A program made the position numbers and the translations under genes. The notes under the pieces were generated by a model. The model saw only the letters and a list, made by a program, of their open reading frames with translations. It searched no databases and was not told where the DNA came from. A DNA stretch of 27,124 nt from a virus. Taxonomy: Duplodnaviria > Caudoviricetes. The stretch is from positions 1 through 27,124 of the IMG/VR virus record IMGVR_UViG_3300043446_003991. One strand, 5' to 3'. How positions within the stretch are numbered: the first letter of the stretch is position 1; the number at the start of each line of letters is the position of its first letter. Below are positions 1 through 8,628 of this stretch, piece by piece.

Positions 1-1
1 G

Positions 2-1378
<1,377 letters not shown>

Positions 1379-1380
1379 TC

Positions 1381-1842
1381 ATGGCTAAGCAATTTAAAAC
1401 AACAATTGCTCCGCCAGCCTTAAGTTCAGATCCTACTGGATCTGTAGTCGGAGAAATTTACTATAATACCGCAACAGGTACATTAAAATATTTTAACGGA
1501 TCAGTTTGGTCTGCAATAGGTACTGGCGGTGGAGGAAGCGGATCTTCAAATGCTTTTGAAGTTCTTGCAGATGCACCAGCATCTCCAGCTCAAGGTAGAG
1601 TTTATTTTGATTCTTCAGAAAATACAATAAAAGTATATAACGGCAATATTTGGTATGATGTTGCGGGTCCAAAAGAATTATTGGATCACCAACACTATGC
1701 TGGAGAAGGTCTTGTTCGTCATGTTGATTATGGACAGTATGTTTCAGATTTAAATTACATTGTATCTATGGACGGTGGAACCTCAAGTTCATCCTATGCA
1801 TCAGCACCAGATAATGATATAATAGACGGAGGAGTAGCATAG
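1381..1842 (+). CDS. Small fibre linker protein with two 'G-x-x-Y-(Y/F)-(N/D)...(Y/F)NGxxW' repeats and C-terminal DGG motifs
   Basis: 153 aa. Repeats GEIYYNTATGTLKYFNGSVW and GRVYFDSSENTIKVYNGNIW, an HQH motif, and the ending ...MDGG...IIDGGVA. Confidence 0.7.
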   Translation: MAKQFKTTIAPPALSSDPTGSVVGEIYYNTATGTLKYFNGSVWSAIGTGGGGSGSSNAFEVLADAPASPAQGRVYFDSSENTIKVYNGNIWYDVAGPKELLDHQHYAGEGLVRHVDYGQYVSDLNYIVSMDGGTSSSSYASAPDNDIIDGGVA

Positions 1843-1845
1843 AAA

Positions 1846-4800
1846 ATGGCAGTTAGAATTCAACTACGTAGAGATACAGCAGCGAACTGGTCTCTCAATA
1901 ACCCATCTCTTCGACCTGGTGAGGTCGGAATAGAAACAGATACACTTAAATTTAAAATAGGTCCAATTCCACAGAGTGGTTCAGCTACACCATGGAATAG
2001 TATCACTTCTTATGCAAACGTTACTCCAACTTCATTGGGCAACAGCCTTTCAGATTATATTCTTGCGGCAGATCAAGGAACGCCAGGTGGACCAGCAGAA
2101 TTAGATGCAAATGGTGATTTGCTTGTTCCAGAAAACGACATAATTTTATGGAATAAAGCTCTATATGACTATACAACTAAAATTACTGCTACTCAGCCAA
2201 CAGCAGATAGAACAATTACACTTCCAGATGCTACAGGTACTGTAGCTTTAACTTCAGATCTTAATTCTTATGCACCGCTTTCTGGTGCAACATTTACTGG
2301 AAATATCCAAGTACCAACAGCAGTTACATTTGAAGGCGCTACAGCAGATTCATATGAAATGACTCTTCAAGCAACAGATCCAACTGCAGATCGTACAATT
2401 ACAATTCCAGATGTAAATGGAACAATTGTAACTACTGGAGATACAGGCACTGTAACAAATACAATGCTTGCAAATTCATCAATAACAATCAATAGTTTCC
2501 CAATCTCTTTAGGTGGTTCAGCAGCATTTGGCACTGATAATATAAGCGAGGGAACTACAAATAAATATTTCACAGATGAGAGAGCTCAAGATGCAGCAGC
2601 ACTAGCCCTTTCAAATGGAACACATACTAATATTACAGTTACATATGATGATTTAAATAATGCTATCAGTCTTGCTGCCGCTCCAGGATATACAAATGAA
2701 GAAGCTCGTGATGCAGTAGCTGGTTTAATTACAGGATCTACACACGATGGGGTTTCTGTATCATATACCGACGATGGAGCAAATGCAGGAAGTCTAGCAT
2801 TTACAAATACAGATAAAGGCTCGTCACAAAATATATTTAAGAATATTGTGGTCGGAGCTACAACAGTAGTAGCAGATTCAAATAATGATACTCTAACAAT
2901 TGTAGGAAGTAATGGTGTTGGAGCGTTGGCAAATGCTACAAATGACGTAATTGAAATTTATAATACAGGTGTTACATCTCTGACTGGCACTGCAAATGAG
3001 GTAGAAGTAGATACAACTACTGGAGCAGTAATAGTTGGTCTTCCAAACAATGTTACGATTTCTGGAAATCTAACACTTTCAAATGGTCCAACTCAAGCTT
3101 CTCATGCGGCTACAAAGGCATATGTAGATAATACTACTGCTGGAATTAATTTCCATGCACCAGCACATGCAGCTACAACTTCTAATTTAACTGCTACATA
3201 TGATAATGGAACATCTGGAGTAGGAGCAACACTTACTGGCAGCGGAACATTCCCACAGATTGATGGACACACAGTTGCAGAGCAAGAAAGAGTTCTTGTA
3301 AAGAATCAATCAACTGGGTTTCAAAATGGTCTTTATGTTTTGACAGATGATGGAGATCCAAGTGGTTCATGGGTACTTACTCGTGCCACAGATGCTGATA
3401 ATTCTCCAGCAGGAGAAATTGCATATGGAGACTTCTGCTTTATTCAAAATGGTGGACAAGCAGGATATGGATTTATTGTAAATACAACAGGTACAATTAC
3501 AATAGGATCAACAAATATTAATTATGTACAATTTAATGCTGGGCAGGTTGTAGTTGCAGGAAATGGTTTAACAGAGCCAACTGCAGGAACACTAGCAATT
3601 GATACAAGTGTTACTGTAGATTTAAGCACTGCTCAAACATTAACAAATAAAACTTTAACAAGTCCCACAATTACTGGAACAGGAGCGATTGCAGGTACAT
3701 TTACTGGTAACTTAACTGGAGATGTAACTGGAAATGTTTCAGGAAATGCAGGAACGGTAACAAATGGAGTTTATACAACTAGTTCTTATGCAGATCCTTC
3801 TTGGATTACCAGCCTTGGTTGGTCTAAGATTACATCAACTCCTACAACAATATCTGGATATGGAATTACAAATGCAGTAGTTACAAATGCAGCAAATACT
3901 ATTACTGCCGCTTCAGCTTCAACAAAGCCACTTATTATTAAGGGATATGCTTCTCAATCAGCTAACCTTCAAGAGTGGCAAGATTCAAGTGGAAATTTGG
4001 TTGGATACATATCTCCATCAGGATCTATAATTAGTTATGGAAATGGAATAATTTCTGGAGACCTTAGAGTAGGAACTGCCACATGGTTGTCTGCAACTTT
4101 AAATGTTAAGTCAAGAACTTCTTCAGAAATTCCTGCAGTTATACGTGGTTCAGCATCTCAATCTGCTAACCTTCAAGAGTGGCAGAATTCTAGTGGAACA
4201 GCTATAGCATATATAAATAGTGTTGGAAGTTTGGTAACAACTGATTCAATTACAGCATCTGGCGCTGTTGTTGCAACAAACGGAGTATATGTTAATACAG
4301 GTTATATTGGTGGAGCAATTTCTGCAAAACCATTCCTTACTACTATAGTAGGTCTGCTCATAAGAGGAGCAGTTTCTCAAACAGCCGATCTTGCACAATG
4401 GCAAAATAGCAGTTCAACAGTATTAACTAAAATTGATGCTTCTGGTAATATTACAGCACCATCACTTACATTATCAACTACAGCATTAGCTACAACATCT
4501 GGTGGAACTGGATTATCTAGCTATGCTTCTGGAGATATTCTATATGCCTCAGCAACAGATACTCTTGCTAAGTTAGCCAAGGGTACAAATGGACAAATAT
4601 TAACTCTAGCATCAGGACTACCTTCATGGGCAGATGCTCCAATTACACTTCCATCACAAACTGGAAATAATGGTAAGTATCTAACCACAGATGGCACAAC
4701 TGCTTCATGGGCAACTTTAGTAGTTCCAATTACAACTGGAACCGCAACAGTGTCTTCAAATACTGTAACTGCAATTGATAGTTTTACAATGACTAGCGGT

Positions 4801-5040
4801 GCAACAGAATATATGGTTACTTTATTGCAGGGATCAAAGCGTAGAACATCTAAGGTGCTTGTTCATTCTGATGGATCAAATATTGATATGACTGAGTTTG
4901 CTATTATAGAATTAGGCGGAACAATGTCTGGTGTTGTAGTATCAGCATCCGCACTTGGTTCTGCTGGATATTTAAATGTAACTGTAACAGACGCAGCAAC
5001 AACAAATGTAACGGTAAAATTTAGTAAAGTAGCTCTATAG
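1846..5040 (+). CDS. Long tail-fibre-like protein with an Mtd/hyaluronidase-type N-terminal anchor domain
   Basis: 1064 aa, T/A/G/S-rich. N-terminus AVRIQLRRDTAANW...LRPGEVGIETDTLKFKIG...W matches the major-tropism-determinant N-terminal type anchor. Internal repeats: PTADRTIT(L/I)PD x2 and SQ(S/T)A(N/D)LxxWQ x3. SD GGAGGAG at 1828-1834. Confidence 0.75.
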   Translation: MAVRIQLRRDTAANWSLNNPSLRPGEVGIETDTLKFKIGPIPQSGSATPWNSITSYANVTPTSLGNSLSDYILAADQGTPGGPAELDANGDLLVPENDIILWNKALYDYTTKITATQPTADRTITLPDATGTVALTSDLNSYAPLSGATFTGNIQVPTAVTFEGATADSYEMTLQATDPTADRTITIPDVNGTIVTTGDTGTVTNTMLANSSITINSFPISLGGSAAFGTDNISEGTTNKYFTDERAQDAAALALSNGTHTNITVTYDDLNNAISLAAAPGYTNEEARDAVAGLITGSTHDGVSVSYTDDGANAGSLAFTNTDKGSSQNIFKNIVVGATTVVADSNNDTLTIVGSNGVGALANATNDVIEIYNTGVTSLTGTANEVEVDTTTGAVIVGLPNNVTISGNLTLSNGPTQASHAATKAYVDNTTAGINFHAPAHAATTSNLTATYDNGTSGVGATLTGSGTFPQIDGHTVAEQERVLVKNQSTGFQNGLYVLTDDGDPSGSWVLTRATDADNSPAGEIAYGDFCFIQNGGQAGYGFIVNTTGTITIGSTNINYVQFNAGQVVVAGNGLTEPTAGTLAIDTSVTVDLSTAQTLTNKTLTSPTITGTGAIAGTFTGNLTGDVTGNVSGNAGTVTNGVYTTSSYADPSWITSLGWSKITSTPTTISGYGITNAVVTNAANTITAASASTKPLIIKGYASQSANLQEWQDSSGNLVGYISPSGSIISYGNGIISGDLRVGTATWLSATLNVKSRTSSEIPAVIRGSASQSANLQEWQNSSGTAIAYINSVGSLVTTDSITASGAVVATNGVYVNTGYIGGAISAKPFLTTIVGLLIRGAVSQTADLAQWQNSSSTVLTKIDASGNITAPSLTLSTTALATTSGGTGLSSYASGDILYASATDTLAKLAKGTNGQILTLASGLPSWADAPITLPSQTGNNGKYLTTDGTTASWATLVVPITTGTATVSSNTVTAIDSFTMTSGATEYMVTLLQGSKRRTSKVLVHSDGSNIDMTEFAIIELGGTMSGVVVSASALGSAGYLNVTVTDAATTNVTVKFSKVAL
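3925..4445 (+). repeat. Three ~70-aa intragenic tandem repeats (IxGxxSQ(S/T)A(N/D)LxxWQxSS)
   Basis: The 20-mer gctaaccttcaagagtggca is identical at 3961-3980 and 4165-4184 (period 204 nt). A third, diverged copy lies at ~4384. Confidence 0.8.
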
Positions 5041-5050
5041 GGGGAAGTAA

Positions 5051-5938
5051 GTGTCAGATAAAAACTTTAAAGTTAAATCTGGACTAAACATCCCGATTGT
5101 TTCCGCACCAATATTAATTACTGATTCTAGTGGTAATATTGCATCTTCTGCAACACTTCCAATTTCAGCAGGCGGTACAGGACAAACATCGGCAACTAAT
5201 GCAATCAACGCTTTACTTCCAGTACAAAATGGATCAACAATAAATTATACAATTCAGTCTGACGGAACAAATATTAGTTGGGCTAAAATATATAATCAAG
5301 GAATACAAGATTCTGGAATTACTGTAACTCCTCGTCGAAATCTTAATATAGTTGGTGCTACATTTACAGATTCAGCGGGAACAGATACAACCACTGTAAC
5401 ATTTCCACTAAACACATATGCTCGTCAAGCATTTACTCCTACATCAGGACAAACATCATTTACATTAACTAATCCGATTATTATAGGATCTGAACAGGTG
5501 TTTTTAAATGGAATCCTACTTGTTCGTGGAACGGATTATACAACTCCAGATACAACAACAATAACTTTATCTTCTGGAGCGGCAGCAGGAGATTCCTTTG
5601 AAGTAATGATGTTAAATAATATTACTTCATCTGGTGTATTAGCAAATTATAAACAAGAAATTAATTTATCTATATCATCAAACACCACATTAGTTCCAGG
5701 ATATAGATACTATGTAAATACATCAGCTGCTAGGACATTAACTCTTCCAGCAAACCCTTCGCTTGGAAATGAAGTAACAGTATTTGATGCATCAGGTTTG
5801 GCGGGAACTAATAATATTACAATTAATTCAAACTCTGGTAAAATTAACGGAGCAGTTCAAGATCTTACAATTGACGTAGATGGAGCAGGGGCTTCATTAA
5901 TTTATACTGGAGCAACATATGGCTGGAGGGTTGGATAA
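5051..5938 (+). CDS. Adaptor-like fibre protein: KxFxVK N-terminus, 'SGQT..LNG..DYT' domain and C-terminal 'TLTLP..GWR' domain
   Basis: 295 aa, GTG start after a GGGGA SD. Paralogue of 14364..15230. The C-terminal domain is also shared with 18705..19115 and resembles repeats in T4-like proximal long-tail-fibre proteins. Confidence 0.7.
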   Translation: MSDKNFKVKSGLNIPIVSAPILITDSSGNIASSATLPISAGGTGQTSATNAINALLPVQNGSTINYTIQSDGTNISWAKIYNQGIQDSGITVTPRRNLNIVGATFTDSAGTDTTTVTFPLNTYARQAFTPTSGQTSFTLTNPIIIGSEQVFLNGILLVRGTDYTTPDTTTITLSSGAAAGDSFEVMMLNNITSSGVLANYKQEINLSISSNTTLVPGYRYYVNTSAARTLTLPANPSLGNEVTVFDASGLAGTNNITINSNSGKINGAVQDLTIDVDGAGASLIYTGATYGWRVG

Positions 5939-7728
5939 TGACACTTAGTTTTTCTAGTTTATCTGGTGGAACATCATTTACAGTAGTCACATCTACAGGC
6001 GGATCTAAAACGGCCACCCTTGATAAATCATATCCAGCAGGAACATATTTAATTGAGTCTAAAGCAATGGATACAAACCTAGAGGTATATCTAGGTGCAT
6101 CAGATGGAACACAGGTTGGAACGGCGACGGCAGGAGCAAAAACAATTACAGCTTCAGCCTCCTTCTTATATGTAACAACAGTAAATGCAGATGCTAATGA
6201 TGCTGTTATATTTACATTAAAATCAGCAGCTACTCTTGCAACTAAAACAGATGCAGTATGGGCTCCACCAACAATTACAGATATTACCCCAAGTGGTTTG
6301 CCAAATGCTAACAATACAACAACTATTACAGGCACAAATTTTGCAACAAATGTAGATGTTAAATTCCGTAAATCAGATGATTCTACATTGGTAAATGCTA
6401 AAACTACCGTTAGAGGATCTGCAACATCTATTATTGCTACACGCCCAGATACTTTTGCAGTTGGAGATGCTCCATATGATGTAATTGTAACAAATCCAAG
6501 CACTAATTTAACAGCAACATCATTAAATGCAATTACTGCTGGTGCCGTGCCAGTTTGGGTTACATCTACAACTTTAAATACTGCTACATTAACACAATCA
6601 TTTTCACAAACAATTTCTGCAACAGATTCAGATGGTGGATCAACAATTACATATGCAATTGTTTCAGGCGCATTGCCAACAGGATTATCTTTAAATTCAT
6701 CAACTGGTGCAATTACTGGAACTCCAACTGGATCTAGTGGTAACTATACAGTAACAATATCAGCAACAGATTCTGGTGGAAATGCAGTAAATAGAACATT
6801 TACTCAAACATTAATCAACTTTGTTTATATTGATTATGTTATTGTTGCTGGTGGAGGTGGAGCTGGATCTGGAATTGGAGCAGGCGGTGGCGGAGGCGGC
6901 GGATTTAAATCTGCATCATCTTATACTTTACAACCTTCAACTCAATATACAATAGAAATTGGAGGTGGTGGTTCTGGAGGTACTGCTGGTAGTGGTAATC
7001 AAGGAACAACAACAACATTTAAACAAGGGGCTTCTGTATTAATTTCTACAACTGGAGGAGGATATGGAGCCCCTGGTCCACAGTTTATTTCTGGAGGAAA
7101 TGGAGGTTCAGGCGGTGGTAGCAGTTCTTCTGGTGGATATTTACAAGGTCCTTCTGCTGGCACTGGAGTTTCTGGTGAAGGAAATAATGGTGGTCGTGCT
7201 TATCACGTAAGTGGAGAAAAAGTTGATGGTGGAGGCGGCGGAGGTGCTGGTGCAGCTGCAGTTGATGCAGATGCACTTAGATATCCTAATGGAGTATTTC
7301 CACATGGCGGAGCAGGAGCATCAACATCTATAACTGGTTCTACTCTTTACTTTGCTGGCGGCGGCGGAGGAGGAGGACATTATATTTATTCAAAAGCTGG
7401 CAACGGTGGTATTGGCGGCGGAGGTGGCGGAGCAGGAAATAATAATGGAGGTTCAGGTGGAGGATCTTCTTTAAATAGTGGATCAAATGGTCAAAGCGGT
7501 GGAGGAAACTCTCAAGGAATGTATGTTGGTGGAGCAGCAGGAAATAATTCAGGCGGCGGAGGTGGCGGTGGTGGGGGAACTTCTACTGGACAAAATGGTG
7601 GCAATGGAGGTTCTGGAGTATTTATTCTTCGTTCAACTCAAGCAGCAACATCCTCAAGTGTTTCTCCAACCACTTACTCTAATTATTATGTATATACGTT
7701 TACAAATAATGGAAATATAACTTTTTAA
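5938..7728 (+). CDS. Gly-rich (polyglycine) putative adhesin with an IPT/TIG-like plus putative-Ig stalk
   Basis: 596 aa, TAATG-coupled to the upstream gene. Contains TITGTNF (TIG-like), YAIVSGALPTGLSLNSSTGAITGTP (He_PIG-like) and a Gly-rich domain from IDYVIVAGGGG to GGSGVFILR. Confidence 0.75.
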   Translation: MTLSFSSLSGGTSFTVVTSTGGSKTATLDKSYPAGTYLIESKAMDTNLEVYLGASDGTQVGTATAGAKTITASASFLYVTTVNADANDAVIFTLKSAATLATKTDAVWAPPTITDITPSGLPNANNTTTITGTNFATNVDVKFRKSDDSTLVNAKTTVRGSATSIIATRPDTFAVGDAPYDVIVTNPSTNLTATSLNAITAGAVPVWVTSTTLNTATLTQSFSQTISATDSDGGSTITYAIVSGALPTGLSLNSSTGAITGTPTGSSGNYTVTISATDSGGNAVNRTFTQTLINFVYIDYVIVAGGGGAGSGIGAGGGGGGGFKSASSYTLQPSTQYTIEIGGGGSGGTAGSGNQGTTTTFKQGASVLISTTGGGYGAPGPQFISGGNGGSGGGSSSSGGYLQGPSAGTGVSGEGNNGGRAYHVSGEKVDGGGGGGAGAAAVDADALRYPNGVFPHGGAGASTSITGSTLYFAGGGGGGGHYIYSKAGNGGIGGGGGGAGNNNGGSGGGSSLNSGSNGQSGGGNSQGMYVGGAAGNNSGGGGGGGGGTSTGQNGGNGGSGVFILRSTQAATSSSVSPTTYSNYYVYTFTNNGNITF

Positions 7729-7764
7729 TAGACTTATCATTTACCGAATGGTAAAAGGAGGACA
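7729..7764 (+). promoter_or_regulatory. Putative promoter and hairpin upstream of the HNH gene
   Basis: TAGACT (7729-7734), 17 nt, TAAAAG (7752-7757) with an upstream TG. Shares gactta-N9-gaatggtaaaa with the promoter at 22767. Inverted repeat tttacc-gaat-ggtaaa (7740-7755) abuts AGGAGG (7756-7761). Confidence 0.5.
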
Positions 7765-8250
7765 ATGAAATTTATCAAAGGTATTCCAGAAACTGAATAT
7801 AAAAGAATTTGGCGGAAGAACAACAGAGACAGAGTCCTTGCTAGTAAAAAGCGTAGTTATGAAAAAAATAAAGATTCTATATTAAAGGCAAATTCTGAAT
7901 ATAGGCAAGAAAATTATGAGCGTAGAATTGAGATAGAAAGAGCATCTAGAGAACGTAATAGAGATAAAAATAGGCCTTCTAAGAATGCCCGTCAATCAGT
8001 AAGAAATAGGTTGGTTTCTAGCTCTAAATATGTTATAATTTATAAAGATTTAAAGAGGATATATTCTCAGCCATGCTTTAACTGCGGGTCAATGAATAAT
8101 CAATCTTTAGATCATAGAATTCCGCTTTCAAGGGGCGGAGAGCATAAAATTGGCAACATGTTGACTTTATGCCAGCCTTGCAACGCAAGCAAGCATTCCA
8201 GAACTATTATGGAATGGAAACTAAGCAAGATTAAAAAGGGAGATGATTAA
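7765..8250 (+). CDS. Free-standing HNH endonuclease (probable homing endonuclease)
   Basis: CFNC...LDHRIPLSRGGEHKIGNMLTLCQPCNASK is a zinc-binding HNH motif. The basic K/R-rich N-terminus differs sharply in composition from the flanking structural genes. Confidence 0.9.
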   Translation: MKFIKGIPETEYKRIWRKNNRDRVLASKKRSYEKNKDSILKANSEYRQENYERRIEIERASRERNRDKNRPSKNARQSVRNRLVSSSKYVIIYKDLKRIYSQPCFNCGSMNNQSLDHRIPLSRGGEHKIGNMLTLCQPCNASKHSRTIMEWKLSKIKKGDD

Positions 8251-8623
8251 AATAGCACATTGGGCCGAATTAGACGAGAATAATATCGTTACTCGTGTAC
8301 TAGTTGGAAGCAACGAAGATCCAGACGAGGGCTATCAGTGGTTAATTGATAACCTTGGCGGAACTTGGGTAAAGACTTCATATAATACACAGGGTGGAGT
8401 ACATTCTTTGGGCGGAACCCCGCTAAGAAAGAATTACGCAGGAATTGGATATTCATACGATGCAACTCGTGATGCATTCATTCCACCAAAGCCTTTCAAT
8501 TCGTGGTTGCTAAATGAAGACACTTGTCTTTGGGATGCACCAACACCATATCCAACAGATGGAAAGATGTATCGTTGGGTAGAGGAAGATTTGAACTGGC
8601 AAGAAGTTGTAGTAGGAGAGTAA
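8243..8623 (+). CDS. Small conserved protein associated with Gly-rich adhesins (AHWAE family); start may be ATA at 8252
   Basis: Paralogue of 13910..14320, sharing WxKTSYN, RKN(Y/F)AG.G..YD..RDAF, SW.L.E.TC.W..P.PYP and YRW.E. Confidence 0.8.
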   Translation: MIKIAHWAELDENNIVTRVLVGSNEDPDEGYQWLIDNLGGTWVKTSYNTQGGVHSLGGTPLRKNYAGIGYSYDATRDAFIPPKPFNSWLLNEDTCLWDAPTPYPTDGKMYRWVEEDLNWQEVVVGE

Positions 8624-8628
8624 TATAA

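Noticed and set aside
7729-8250. Group I intron or intein around the HNH
   Set aside because: Only 36 nt upstream and an overlap downstream, leaving no room for a ribozyme core. Both flanking genes look complete when compared with their paralogues.
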